DNA of 64,000 bases from Mobula hypostoma (lineage: Eukaryota): assembly GCF_963921235.1 (NCBI RefSeq), contig NC_086097.1, positions 160,272,001-160,336,000 of the forward strand, read 5' to 3'. The position numbers were made by a program, and so were the translations under genes. Shown here piece after piece: positions 24,538-38,069 of this stretch (its first letter is position 1; each line of letters starts with the position of its first letter). The notes below the pieces were generated by a model that saw only the letters and a list, made by a program, of their open reading frames with translations, had not been told where the DNA came from and did no database searches.

Positions 24538-24689
24538 TACCTATTCCTAAGTGTCCTCATATGAGAAATGTTAATGATTCATAAAGATCTGGTTATGAAA
24601 TATCTTAACCTAGTGGTAAACCATGCTTGCATGTTTCAAAGGACAACTGCTAGAATTGTACTTATCAACTCAATTTCAGTTTTTGAACT

Positions 24690-27150
24690 TAGCACAGCAC
24701 AGTACAAAATCTTTGGCCCATGGTGTTGAGCCGAACTTTTAACCTACTCCAAGATTAATCTAATGCTTCTATCCCACTTAGCCTTTTATTTTCCTTTCAT
24801 CCATGTGCCCATCGAAGTGTTTTTAAATCTCCCTAATGTATCTGCCTCTACCACCATTCCTGGCAGCGTGTTCCACACATTCATCAGTCTGTGTAAAAAA
24901 AATCTGCTTCTGACATCTTCCCTAAACCTTCCTCCAATCATCTTAAAATTATTCCCCCTTGTATTAGCCATTTCATCCCTTGGAAAAAGGCATTAGCATC
25001 CACTCTATCATTGCCTTTTATCATCTTATATACCTCTATCAAGTCACCTTTCGTCCTTCACTCCGAAGAAAAAACCTTACCTCACTCAATTTTTCTCATT
25101 AGACATGCTCTCTAATCCAGGCAGCATCCTGGAAAATCTCTTCTGTAAAGCTTCCACATCTTTCCTATAATGAGGTGTCCCAAAGTGAACACATTATTCC
25201 AAATATGGTCTAATCAGAATTTTATAGAGCTGTGACATTATCTTGCTGCTCTTGTACTCAATCCTCTGACTAATGAAGGCCAACACATAATACACCTTCT
25301 TAGTCACTTTATCATATTGCTTGGCAACTTTGAGGAATGTATGGATATAGACTTAAAGATCCGTTTGTTCCTCCACACTGCTAAGAACCTCACCATTAAT
25401 CCTGTGTTCTACAATCAAGTTTGACCTTCAAAAGTTCATAACTTCACACTTTTCAGGATTGAACTCCAACTGCCACTTCTCAGCCGAGTTCTGCATCCTA
25501 TCATATCCTGCTGTAACCATTAAACAACCTTCTAAACTATACACAATAGAAACATAGAAAATAGGTGCAGGAGTAGGCCATTCGGCCCTTCACGCCTGCA
25601 CCGCCATTCAGTATGATCATGGCTGATCATCCAACTCAGAACCCTGTACCCACCTTCTCTCCGTACCCCCTGATCCCTCTAGCCACAAGGGCCATATCCA
25701 ACTCCCTCTTAAATATAGCCAATGAACTGGCCCCAACTGTTTCCTGTGGCAGAGAATTCCACAGATTCATCACTCTCTTTGTGAAGAAGTTTTTCCTCAT
25801 CCTGGTCCTAAAAGACTTCCCCTTTATCCTTAAACTGTGACCCCTCATTCTGGACTTCCCCAACATCGGGAACAATCTTCCTGCATCTAGCCTGTCCAAT
25901 CCCTTTAGAAGTTTATACGTTTCAATATTACTAACTTCCATGTCATCTGCAAATGTCCTAAGTCATCCTTCCATTTCCTCATCCAATCATTGATAAAAAT
26001 CACAAAGAACAGGAGTCCCAGAGCAGATCCCTGTGGAACATGATTGGTCACTGATCTCCAGGCAGAATACACTCCTTCCACTACCACTCTCTGCCTTCTG
26101 TGGGCAAGTCAATTCCGAATCCACACAGGAACATATCCCCTGGATCCCGTGCCTCCTAATTTTCTGAAGTAGCCTAATATAGAGAACATACTCAAATGCT
26201 GTACTAAAATCCATATACATCACATCAACTGCTCTGCCATCATCAATTTTTTTTGTTGTTTCTTCAAAGAGTTCATTGAGGCTTATGAGGTCTTCACAAA
26301 GTTATGCTGAATATCCCTGACCGGACTATGCTTTCCTAATGCTCATAAATCCTATCTGTAAGAATCCTTTCCAGTAGTTTGGTGACTTCTGATGTAAGAT
26401 TCACAGGTCTATAATTCCCTGGATTATCCCTATCATCTTTCTTGAACAAAGAAGTAACATTTGCCATCCTGCAATCTTATGTTACTACTCTTGTGGCCCG
26501 TGAGGATGCAAGGATCATCATCATAGGTGCAGCAACCTTTTCCCTCACTTCCCATTAAATCTCAATGTTTTTCAAAAGTTTCAGCACATCCTCCTTTTTT
26601 ACCATTGACATTTTCTAACATATTACCATGTTCTATGCTGTCCTCACCTTTTTCAAGGTCCCCTTTACCAGTGAATACTGAAGCAAAATATTTGTTAAGC
26701 CTCTCCCTTGCCTCCTGTGACTCCAGGCACACATTTCCTCTTTTATCCATGATCAGTCCTACCCACACGAGTCACCCTCCTGTTCTTCATGGGAGGTTTG
26801 CCTTAGTCCTATTCACAAAGGACTTCTCATGTCCCCCCCCCTAACTCTCCTAATTCCTTCTTAAACTCTTTCCTGGCTACCTTATAACTCTCAAGAACTC
26901 TGTCTGATCCCAGCTTTCAAAACCTTAAGTATGTTTCTTCTTCCTCTTGACTAGATGTTCCACTTCTCTTGTCAACTATGGTTTCTTCACCCTACCATTC
27001 TTTCCCTACCTCAATAGGACAAATCTATCCAGAACCCCAGCAAGTGCTCCCTAAACAACCTCCATTTTATTTTTTTGTTTTTCCAAGTTCCTGCCTAATT
27101 GCATCATAATTTGCCCTCTTCCAGTTTCCATATTGTCTGCTCCTATCGCG
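24690..27150 (-). mobile_element. Older degraded CR1 LINE containing a nested younger CR1 3' fragment
   Basis: Minus ORF fragments 24786-24971, 25905-26087 (VPQGSALG), 25987-26223 (YMDFSTAF) and 26562-26768 (LNKYFASVFT). Confidence 0.82.
25546..25927 (-). mobile_element. Young CR1 3' fragment (subfamily of 9874-11451) nested in an older CR1
   Basis: Near-identical reverse complement of ~11063-11445; ORF 25636-25941; atagaaacatagaaa tail. Confidence 0.92.
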
Positions 27151-27164
27151 ATCCAAGGTCAGAG

Positions 27165-27467
27165 AGGTAGCAGGTAGCATGACGCTATTACAGTTCAGGG
27201 CATCAGAGTTCAGAGTTCAGTTCCAACATCATCTGTAAGGAGTCTGTATGTCCTCCTCGTGGAATGCATGGGTTTTCTCTGGGTTCTTTGGTTTCCTCCC
27301 ACAATTTAAACACATACCGATCAGTAGGTTAACTGATCATTGTAAACTGTCCCGTGATTAGGCTAGGGTTAAAATCAGGGATTGCTGGGCAACGCAGCTC
27401 GAAGGGCCAGAAGGACCTATTCCATACTGTATCTCAATAAACACAACAAACAGAAAAATAAATAAAG
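27165..27467 (+). mobile_element. V-SINE
   Basis: V-domain-like core atgggttttctctgggttctttggtttcctcccaca, then gtaggttaactgatcattgtaaactgtcc and an A-rich tail. Confidence 0.75.
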
Positions 27468-27744
27468 TTGTGATCACCGGCTCTGAAATGCTCACCCACT
27501 GAGAGACCTGTCACCTGTCCAGTGCATTGACTAGCACCAGATCCAGCATGTCCTTTCCTCTGGTCGGTCTATCTACATTTCATGTCAGGAATCCTTCCTG
27601 GACACACCTAATTAACTTTGTACCATTTAAACCTTAGGGCAGTTGAAATCACCCATGACACAACGCTGTATTTTTGCACCTTTCCAAAATATGGAGACCA
27701 AAGCAGTTATGATTTAATAATCAATTTACTTCTACATTGAGAGA

Positions 27745-27995
27745 GGTCTTGGTAGTGTAGCAGTTAGGAAAGTACTATTACAGCATCAGTGACTGGGTTC
27801 AGTTCTGCCTCTGTCTGAAAGGAGCTTGTACATTCACCCGGTGACTGCAGGGTTTCTTCCATGTACCTTGGTTTCTGCCCACACCCCAACGACGTGAGGC
27901 CTTGTAGGTTAATTGGTCACATGGGTGTACTTGGGTGGCACAGACTCACTGGGCTGGAAGGACCTGTTACCCCGCTGTATCTCTAAATAAAAATG
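27745..27995 (+). mobile_element. V-SINE
   Basis: tRNA-like head (ggtagtgtagcagttag; gggttcagttct), V-domain gggtttcttcc..ggtttctgcccaca, tail ctgtatctctaaataaaa. Confidence 0.75.
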
Positions 27996-28264
27996 ATATT
28001 AAAAATGTATCAGACAATAACTGGAATCTGAACCCTGGCAAGCCAATGCAGAGAAAAGCAAATGAAGTTGAATAAGCAAAAGATTAAGTTCAGAGTTAAG
28101 AAATTCTCTTCTATGGGTCATTTGATCACTGCATATAGTCTAGAGCCAGATCCTGGAGAGGTTAAGGCAGTGAATGAGATGTATGCCTGAAACATCTGTC
28201 AGGCTTTATAACATTTTCTGGGTTTTGATATCTATCTGAGAGAGTCATTTTGGTTTTAAATTGA

Positions 28265-28960
28265 TTTGTTATTCTTGTCACATGTATTGAGGTACAGTGA
28301 AAAACTTGTTTGTCATGCCATCCATACAGATCAGTTCATTGGAGCAGTGCATTGAGGTAGGACAAAGCAAAACAATATGATAATGCAGTGGAGTAGAAAC
28401 TGTCCTTGAGCCTGGTGGTATGAGCTGTCAGGTTACTTTATCGCCTGGTCAATGGGAGGTGTAAGAAGAAACAATCCTCGGGATGGGGTGGAGTCTTTGA
28501 TTACATTGGCTGTTTCCCAGGACAACAAGAAGTGTAGACAGTGTCCATGGAGGGGAGACTGATTTCAATGATGTTCTGAGCTGTGTGCACAACTCTTTGT
28601 AGTAGTTTGTAGTCTCAAGCAGAGCAATTCCATATCAAGCCATGTTGTACTGTATCTGGATAGGATGCTTTTTAACGTGCATCAATATAAAACAAAAAGG
28701 GCCAAAGGAGAGATGTCAATTTTTTTTTAGCTTCTTGAGAAAGTAGGGGCATTGGTGAACTTTCCTGGCAGTGACATGTACATGATTGGGTAGATATGGG
28801 TGATGTTCACATCTTTTAGCCCCCTTCACCTCAGTACTCTTGATGTAAACAGGAACATGTACACTGCCCCTCTTCCTGAAGCTCTTTTGTTTTGCTGACA
28901 TTGAGCCAAAGGTTGTTGTCATGACACCATGTCACTGGCTCTCTATCTCCATCATGTAGT
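28265..28960 (-). mobile_element. Degraded Rex-like LINE 3' fragment
   Basis: Minus ORF 28716-28922 ends ARKVHQCPYFLKKLKK (KA.QRLYFLRRLK-like motif). Confidence 0.6.
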
Positions 28961-28961
28961 G

Positions 28962-30165
28962 TCATGAGTCATAGAGAGCACTACAGCACAGAAACAAGCC
29001 CTTCATCCCATCTAATCCATGCCAAACTGTTATTCTACCTAGTCCCATCAACCCCCACCTGGACCATAGCCCTCCATGCCCCTCCCATCGCTCTACCTAT
29101 CCGAACTTGTCTTAAATGTCCAATTGAACCCACATTCCCCACTTCTGCTGGCAGTTCTTTCTATTTTCTCACCACCCTCTGAGTGAAAGAGTTCCCCTTG
29201 AGGTTTCCCTTAAACATTTCACATTTCATCCTTATGATCTCTAGTTCTCATGCAACTTCAGTGGAAAACTCCTGCTTGAATTTAATTTATCGGTATCCCT
29301 CATAATTTTGTATACCTCTATCAAATCTCCCCTCATTCTGCTACGCTCCAGGGAATGAAGTTCTTACCTATTTAACCTTTCCCTATAACTCAGGTTCTCA
29401 AGTCCTGGCAACATCCTTGTAAACTTCCTCTGTACTCTTTCAATCTTATTGACATCTTTCCTATATATAGGTGACCAGAATTTCATACAATACTCCAAAT
29501 TAGACCTCTCCAACGTCTTATACAACTTCAACATAACATCCCAACTGCTGTACTCAATGCTCTGATTTATGAAGGCCAACGTGCAGCTTACAACCCTCTT
29601 TACCTGAGATGTCACTTTCAAAGAATTATGATACCTATTCCTGGTTCTCTCTGTTCTACTGCCCAGTGCCGTATGGTTCTCCTTGTAAAGTCTACCCTGG
29701 TTGGTCTTCTGAAAGTGCAACAACTCATACTTGACTGCATTAAATCCCATTTGCAATTTTTCAGCTCATTTTTCCAGCTAGTCCAGATCCCACTGCAAGC
29801 CACGATGGTCTTCCTCGCTATTCACTACATCACCAATCTTGGTGTCATCCACAGATCTGCTGATCCAGTTAACCACATTATCATCCAGATCACTGATATA
29901 CATGACAAACAACAACAGATCCAGCACCAGTCCCTGTGGTACTCCACTAATCTCGGGCCTCCAGTCAAAGAGACAATCATCTGCTACCACTAAACAAGTG
30001 ATGAATCCAATTTACTACTTAATCCAGAAAGTCAAGTGACTGAACCTTCTTGACCAGCTTCTCATGTGGGATTTTGTCAAAGACCTTGCTAAAGTCCATG
30101 TAGACAACATCCACTGATTTTCTTTCATCGACCTTCCGGGTAACCTCCTCAAAAATTCTGAACTA
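28962..30165 (-). mobile_element. Degraded CR1 LINE 3' half
   Basis: Minus ORFs 29778-29990 (SGVPQGLVL) and 29364-29756 (IERVQRKFTRMLPGL). Confidence 0.85.
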
Positions 30166-32034
30166 CGACTTGTTCGAGATGTCAGAATTAGAATCAGGTT
30201 TATTATCACAGACATACAGTATGTATAAACAAAAGGAGACAAGCACCTTACTGCCACTAAACTAGATGTAGCAGAAGTCAGTGGTGGTTCAAACCACAGG
30301 CTAGGTAAGTAAGGCATCCTCTTACAGAGAAACAAATGCCATCTCAGTCTACCTAGGAGGCTTCTTTAAGCAATCATGGAGAATGTGCAGCATACACCCC
30401 AGAAAACAACAACACTACAGCTTGACCACACCAAAGTCAACAATGATTTTTGTGTCATCAGCCCAAGTACGCATATGCACAAGTGGAATGAAAGACTTAC
30501 TTGCAACAGGATCACAGGATCACAGCATTATATAAGCAGCATACATAAGAAAAAATAAATTAAGATGAATAAATCACAGAGACTCAACTGTTAGAATTTT
30601 CTCCTGTTACTTCACTAAAGGGAAGTCCTATCATATGTCACACATCACCTCAGTCTGGAGACAATAACTGTTTCTGTAAGGATTATTTCATGTGAGTCAA
30701 ATGATGTATTTTTGGATACAGGGCAGGACTGAGAATAAAGGACAGAGCCTTGGAGAGTGTTGTAGAACAGATGCCTTGGAGTACAAGTACTTAGTTCAGT
30801 AAAAGTGGTGACACAGGTAGTCAATTGAGCACTTGACACCTCATGTTCTAGACACCAAACTAGGTCAATGGTTCCTCTTCCTCTCCTAAACCCACATAGA
30901 TATTTAAAAAATACCCCATCTTGTTTCAGGCAAGAATCTTTACAAGGGTAGTGCAGTTTATTGCTAGGCCTCCCATAAGATCTGGGGATGCACTTGACAA
31001 GACCCTATCACCCACTCTGCATTTTCAATACAAATATTGTTTCTAGCCAGCTCCATGTTATTCTTACAAAGGAAGTCTTAAACTGATTCTAATTATGGGG
31101 GAAAAAATTCAAGTGTGAAGAAACTATTGCATTCGATTAGCACTTGATTTAACAGGAATTATTAACTGGAATGTCAGAAATACCACTAGAGTATGCTGCA
31201 CTAACAAATGTCATAATGAGCTAATTTAATGGAGGAAACACAACCAATGCTGAAACAAGAATTTATCATCGCACGAATCTTTCTTTTTCTTAATTCCAGG
31301 TGGAGATGCGTTGTGTTAAATGTAATGTTCACATTGTTATTGCACTCTCTGCGATTATTACCAAGTCCAGTAGACTACGGTAATACCATTCACTACAATA
31401 GCAGACCTGGAAATTGACGATATATGATGACACAACCACTGCAAAACAATGCCAGGATGTTAGAATAACTATAAAATGCAGCATTCCTTTAACACTTTAA
31501 ACTCTCTCCCTTGGTATGGAGCAGGAACATGCTACCTATTGATTTGGACTAGAAGTCTCACAGGTTAGCTGCAAAAGTAAATATTAGAAAGTCAAAAGCT
31601 AAATTTATTTTTGTAGTAAGAAGAGAACTGGGAATGCAGTGTTGTCCATCTTTAAGATTATACCAAATATAAATTTATCATGTTTCTTATGTCCTTAAGT
31701 TGAAGCACATTTTCCAGGGTAAATAAGCTAATTAATGATAATTCATTAAGACTGAGGAACAACTATGTGGAATCACAGACTATTATTACATCAAGTTAAG
31801 GATTCCTTTTAACTACCCAATTAAGATTCATTAGTAATAACAGGTGTTTGGCAGGCTACATTGAACAGATTATATTCAAGTCAGGCAGTATTCAGTTGGT
31901 TGATTAGTTACTTGATGTGTCAACACTGGTTCAATTGCTTATAATTTTACATGTATATCAGATGGTTGTTTTTGGATCCTACTTGTGGTATAAGCTCAAA
32001 AATCAGACTGATATTCCAACAGAATGTCTAAACT

Positions 32035-32249
32035 TGAATATGAGAAATTCTGCAGATTCTGGAAATCCAAAGCAACACACACAAGATGCTGGAGGAACTC
32101 AGCAGGTCAGGCAGCATCTATGGAAGTACATAAACAGTTAAAGTTTCAGGCCCAGGCCCAGGCCCAGGCTCAGGCTTTTCATTAGGACTGGAAAGGAAGG
32201 GAGAAGATACTAAAATTAAAAGCTCCTCCAGCATTTGGGTATGTTGCTT
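32035..32249 (-). mobile_element. Penelope-terminus mini-element with 14-bp TSD
   Basis: Perfect direct repeat AGAATGTCTAAACT at 32021-32034 and 32250-32263; short inverted end copy at the right. Confidence 0.85.
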
Positions 32250-32433
32250 AGAATGTCTAAACTGTTTGTCAAAGCAATGACACTGTAGCCTGTTAAGGCT
32301 GCTAAACTAATTGTGACTGAGCTAATTGGCCAAGATCAGTCTTTCTCCTTGACTTTCTTTTAGATTAAGACCATCTCTTCTTTGAGAATGTTCAATGACT
32401 CTACCCCCAGATCTCTAGGTTAGGAAATACAAA

Positions 32434-33130
32434 TGTAAGGGGGTTTCATCTTTTATGTTACTGTGTAGGCTAATTAAAATGGCTTCTTTGTTATGTTATA
32501 CTTGGAAATGCTTCTTTGTTATGTTAAACACTGAGAAAGTTCTTGCGCTAGCAGCTTGTTTTGGGTTAGACTGTGATAAGAAGATGTTACAAACCAATTG
32601 GGATAGTTGTTATGTTTTTGATGTATCTGAAGATATTGTATGCGTGGGGTTTTGGGGGAGAAGGCGGGAGAGAGAGAGAGACAAAGGATGGACCAGGTGC
32701 TGTGAGTCCGCTAACGGGGTCAGACTCCGAGCGGGGCATTCGGCAAGGAGACGGAGATGGTTTCGTGTGGAGCGTCTGGTCAACCACCATTTTTGGTCCC
32801 AGGCAACTGGTCGAGGTGGTCTGAGAGGTCGCAGGGTGAAGAAGAAGGGTCCTGAGCTCCAACTGTTTGTGTATGAAGAGATTGAACTTTGATAAGTGTG
32901 GTGCCTTTTATTTTCCTTTTATATTTTATTCTCTATTAATTATATAGTTCCAGTAATATCTATAAACTGTAAATCATTTAATCATATCTGGTGTATTGTC
33001 TGTTATTTGGGTGGGGTGGGGTGTATCACACAGCATCCACACAAACTATTACCCAGCTTGGCGGGGCTGAGGGCTGTTTCCCTAGACAACAGTGAGCCGA
33101 GCGACCCTGAGGCTGGCTAGGGGGGCTACA
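32434..33130 (+). mobile_element. Solo LTR (697 bp)
   Basis: Termini TGTAAGGGGG...GGGGGCTACA (TGTA/TACA); 4-bp TSD CAAA at 32430-32433 and 33131-33134. Strand is uncertain. Confidence 0.8.
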
Positions 33131-33599
33131 CAAAATATTTAAGTGCACACAGCGAATTGTTCAGCTGTCTTAAATTGCTAACCCCATATTCTGAAACCAT
33201 GCCTCTAATTTGGAATTTACCTTATGAGGAGAAATTTTGTCTCAGTATCCACCCGGTCATTCCATCAGGATTAGGCATCTTTCAGTAGGATCACAGCAAT
33301 GAATATAAAATCAACCTATTCAGACTTTCCTCATAAGACAAATTTTTCAAACACTGTATAAGTTCAGTGAAGCTTCTCTAAACTGCCAATAACGCATGGT
33401 AAATCTGCAGACCAAATTTGCCAATATTCCATGCAATCTCAGTCATTTCCTGTAAGAATATTTCTCCATTTTCTCCACTTTTTCCTCTCCATTCCCTTTG
33501 TTAATGGCTAACATTTCACTTTCCTACCTAGTTGCTTGCTGTAATAACTTACTAATTGCTAACTAATACCTGTAGGATTACAATGGCAAAACCTTCTGA

Positions 33600-33940
33600 G
33601 TTGTATTATGAATGAGGCGGTATCATGTGGTGGTAGCCTTCATGCTGATCTTATTTTGAAGAGGAGCAGAGGAGTTAATCCTTATATCCTGGCTAATATT
33701 GCTCTGCCATCTCTGAAACTGATTTATCTAGTCATTAAAGATGAACTCCAGACCTCCCAGTTTACTTCATCATGGACCTTGCATTTTCTCTGTGACTATA
33801 ATGCTATAAACACTGCATTTTCACTACATTTCTGTATGTGACAATAATAAATCATTTACCAGTTACTAATTATCACATTATTGTTTGTGGGAGCTTGTTG
33901 AACACAAATCATTTGCTGTATTTCAATGATCGCCACACTT
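33600..33940 (+). mobile_element. Deu-domain SINE remnant split by a ~130-bp insertion
   Basis: gaagaggagcagaggagtt..tcctggctaatatt..gatttatctagtcatt, then insert, then attatcacattattgtttgtgggagcttg; complementary to the element at 2770-3125. Confidence 0.6.
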
Positions 33941-33944
33941 TTCA

Positions 33945-34680
33945 GACAAGAATGGCATCTTCCGTAAATTCAGAAATCAAAGCTGCAAAAGATCTTGGGA
34001 GTCCTTGTGCAGGATTCCCCGAAGTTTAACTTGCAGGTTGAGTCAGTGGTAAGGAAGACAAATTCAATGTTAGCATTCATTTCAAGAGGATTAGAATGTA
34101 AATACAATGATGCACTGCTGAGGCCTCACTTGGAGTATTATGAGCTGCTTTCAGCCCCTTAGCTAAGAAAGGATGTGCTGGCATTGGAGAGAGTCCGAAG
34201 GGGGTTCACAACAATGATCATGTGAATGAAAAGGTTAATGTATATAGAAACTTTGATTGTTCTGGGGCTGTACTCAGTGGTGTTTAGAAGAATGAGGGGA
34301 GATTACATTGAATATTGAAAGGTCTAGACAGAGTGGATGTAGGGAGGATGTTTCCTGTAGTGGGGGAGTCTGGGACCAGAGGGCATAGCCTCAAAATAGT
34401 ACATACCTTTAGAACAGAGATAAGGAGGAAATTCCTTAGCCAGAGGATGGTGAATCTGTGGAATTGTTTGCCACAGACAGTGTGGAGGCCAAGACACTGG
34501 ATTTGAAGTGGAGTTTGAAAGGTCCTAAAGTAGTAAGGGCCTCAAGGTTATGGGGAGAAGGTAGGAGTATGGGACCGAGAAGGATAATAAATCAGCCATG
34601 ATGGAATGGCAGAGCAGACTCCATAGGTCAAATGGCCTAATTCTGCTCCTGTGTCTAATGGTGTTATGGTCTTATGGAAT
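33945..34680 (+). mobile_element. Degraded CR1 3' fragment
   Basis: ORF 34315-34506 KGLDRVDVGRMFP..RGHSLK..QRMVNLWN; tail tatggtcttatgg. Confidence 0.85.
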
Positions 34681-35349
34681 TAAGGGAAAAATTGTCCGAC
34701 TGCTGCTTTCAGTTGTCCTGTTCTTTCATGAGAATTTTTGTTTGGTTTATTATTCTTGCTTGTACCAAGATACAGTGAAAACCTGTCTTGCGCACAGTTC
34801 ATGCAGCTGGAATCATTACACAGTGCATTGAGGAAGAACAAGATAAAACAATAACAATGCAGAGTGAAGTGTAAAAGCTACAGAGAAAGTGCAGTGCAGG
34901 TGTATAATAAGGTGCAAGGTCATAAAGAGGTAGATTGTGAGAACAAGAGTCCACCTTATCATACAAGAAGTTTGTTTAAGAGCTTAGTATCAGGTTTGTT
35001 GCCCTTTCAACTTCATTATCTTTCTTATTCTTGCTTCATAATGAATAATATACATAAGCCTAAAGATGCGCTATGGGAGAGTGTCTGGTGTTTCAGTAAC
35101 TCAGTCTTGTGGATGGCCATAAACCATGTAAACACAAATTATGCAATCAAGCCCTCACAGATACAATACAGCTTCTAGCCGAGTATAAAATAGACTTCAT
35201 ACATGCCTTGAATCTTGTTATTGAAATAAGGTACATTGTAGTATTGTAACAGGGTGCACATTGCACTGTGATCAAGTTTACTAATGCTTGGCTGCATTAG
35301 TTTCAGGTGTTTTATTAAGTTGTATTCTTATGATGTTAAGAAATCGATC

Positions 35350-35641
35350 TGCCCACAAAGTTGTGCCGAACATGTGCATGCACTAGAAATTACTAGGGTT
35401 ACCCATAGCCTACTATTTTTCTAAGCTCCATGTACCTATCCAAAAGTCTCTTAAAAGGCCCTATCATATCCACCTCCACCACCACTGCCGGCAGCCCATT
35501 CCATGCACTCATCACTCTGAGTAAAAAACTTACCCTTGACATCTCCTTTGTACCTACTCCCAAGCACCTTAAACCTGTGCCCTCTTATGGCAACCGTTTC
35601 AGACCTGGGAAAAAGCCTCTGACTATCTACATTATCAATCC
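35350..35641 (-). mobile_element. CR1 3'-end fragment
   Basis: Near copy of ~485-775; minus ORF 35451-35654. Confidence 0.85.
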
Positions 35642-35986
35642 CTTTCATTTCCACAAAGAACTGAAGTTAGCATGTAACTCCAGGTTAGGGTCTTCAAAGG
35701 AACCCTGAAAAGGAAAAAAAAAAGAGATATTAAAGATAGAAATAGAGCTGTTTCTGAAGATGCAAACAAAAGAATCACCGTTAGGTGCCATCATCCTAAG
35801 CTCTGCCCTCTGAGAGCTTTTCCCTTCTTATAGCCTTTTTTTAGTTGCCATTTGTTGGATTTTAAAAGCTTCCCAATCAATCAACATCCCACTCACCTTT
35901 GCTACCTTATATGCCCTTATCTTGGCTTTTATGCAGTCCTTAACTTCCCTTGTCAGCCACGGCTGCCTACCCTTGCCATTTGAGAA

Positions 35987-37498
35987 CTTTATCAAGATGG
36001 ATAAGTCACCGGGACTGGACGAGATGTACCCCAGGCTACTGTGGGAGGCGAGGAAGGAGATTGCTGAACCTCTGGCAATGATCTTTGCATCATCAATGGG
36101 GATGGGAGAGGTTCCAGAAGATTGGAGGGTTGTGGATGTTGTTCCATTATTCAAGAAAAGGAGTCAAGATAGTCCAGGAAATTATAGACCAGTGAATCTT
36201 ACTTCAGTAGTTGGTAAGTTGATGGAGAAGATTCTGAGAGGCAGGATTTATGAACATTTGGAGAGGCATAATATGATTAGGAGTAGTCAGCATAGCTTTG
36301 TGAAAGGCAGGTCGTGCCTTACGAGCCTGATCAAAATTTTGTGAGGATGTGACTAAACACATTAATGAAGGTTGAGCAGTAGATGTAGCACATATGGATT
36401 TCAGCAAGGCATTTGATATGGTACCCCATACGAGGCTTATTGAGAAAGTAAGGAGGGATGGGATTCAAGGGGACATTGCTTTGTGGATCCAGAACTGGCT
36501 TACCCACAGAAGGCAAAGTGTGGTTGTAGGTGGGTCATATTCTGCATGGAGGTCAGTCACCAGTGGTGTGCCTCAGGGATCTGTTCTGGGACTCCAAATC
36601 TTTGTGATTTTTATAAATGATCTGGATGAGGAACTGGAGGGATGGGTTTGCGGGTTTGCAAATTTGCTGATGACACAAAGGTTGGGAGTGTTATAGATAA
36701 TGTGGAGGGCTGTCAGAGGTTACAAAAGGACATTGATAGGATGCAAAACTGGGCTGAGAAGTGGCAGATGGAGTTCAGCCCAGATAAGTGTGAGGTGGTT
36801 CATTTTGGTAGGTCAAATATCATGGCAGAATATAGCATTAATGGTAAGACTCTTGGCAGTGTGGCGGATCAGAGGGATCTTGAGGTCTGAGTCCATAGGA
36901 CACTCAAACCTGCTGCACAGGTTGACTCTGTGGTTAAGAAACCATACAGTGCATTGGCCTTCATCAATTGTGGTTTTGATTTTAGAAGCTGGGAGGTAAT
37001 GTTGCAGCTATATAGGACCCTGGTCAGACCCCACTTGGAGTATTGTGCTCAGTTCTGATTGCCTTACTACAATAAGGATGTGGAAACCATAGCAAGGGTG
37101 CAGAGGAGATTTACAAGGATGTTGCCTGGATTGGGGAACATGCCTTATGAGAACAGGTTGATTGAACTCGGTCTTTTTTCCTTGGAGCAATGGAGGCTTT
37201 TTCCCAGGGCTGAGATGGATATCATGAGAGCGCACAGTTTTAAGGTGCTTGGAAGTAGGTACAGAGGAGATGTCAGGGGTATGTTTTTTTACGCAGAGTG
37301 GTGAGTGCGTGGAATAGGCTACCAGCGACGGTGGTGGAGGTGGAAATTATAGGGTGTTTTAAGAGGCTCCTGGACGGGTACATGGAGCTTAGCTCAATAA
37401 AGGGCTATGGGTAACCCGAGGTAATTTCTAAGGTAAGGACATGTTCGGCACAGCTCTGTGGGCCGAAGGGCCTGTATTGTGCTGTAGGTTTTCTATAT
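35987..37498 (+). mobile_element. 5'-truncated CR1 LINE inserted in an older antisense CR1 fragment (35828-35986, 37503-37595)
   Basis: ORFs 35922-36344, 36394-36696, 36642-36890 and 37059-37304 carry CR1 RT motifs; 3' UTR ends gtaggttttctat. Confidence 0.93.
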
Positions 37499-38069
37499 CT
37501 CTAACTACTTCTTCTGTGAAACATATCTATCCTGTGTCTTCAGCCATCTCTGTTCTGCCGTCATCCCTGCCAGCATCCTCCTCCAATCCACCTGAGATTC
37601 CACAGGGATTCCATTGATTTCATGCAGAAACTCTGACAAGAACACCACCTTCATCCTTGTAACATATTAGATGTGGAAGTCATAAATGGAAATGCAATGC
37701 CTTGGAATGAGCAGAGCATAAGATTCAGACATAATGCTTTGGATTATCATCAGTTATGAAGGAAGACAGGTTTTTAAATAGGGATACAGCTATTGAACTG
37801 AAGACACTGATGCCTTGCCCCTTGGAGAATGAATGTAACCTAACCAACCTGCTCAAATCCAAACACACTTGACTTGGCGACTGCTAGGTTTACATCCCAT
37901 AAAAGTTTACTGTCCATTGACGTCAGTGTAGAATAGACCAGTTGTAATGTGAGTGCTCTGCCCAAATCTACCCCTTTCCTGCTTGCAGTTTAGGATAAAA
38001 GAAACTCCAGTTCCTCCATCCACATTTGTCCCCCACTCAAAAATCAATGCACTAAATTGGGAGTAAATG

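Noticed and set aside
32455..33120. 145-aa and neighbouring ORFs as protein-coding genes
   Set aside because: They lie wholly inside a TSD-bounded solo LTR and show no recognisable domain.
35350..37498. Twin-priming inversion of a single CR1
   Set aside because: Both pieces carry their own 3' end and are separated by unrelated sequence, so they are independent insertions.
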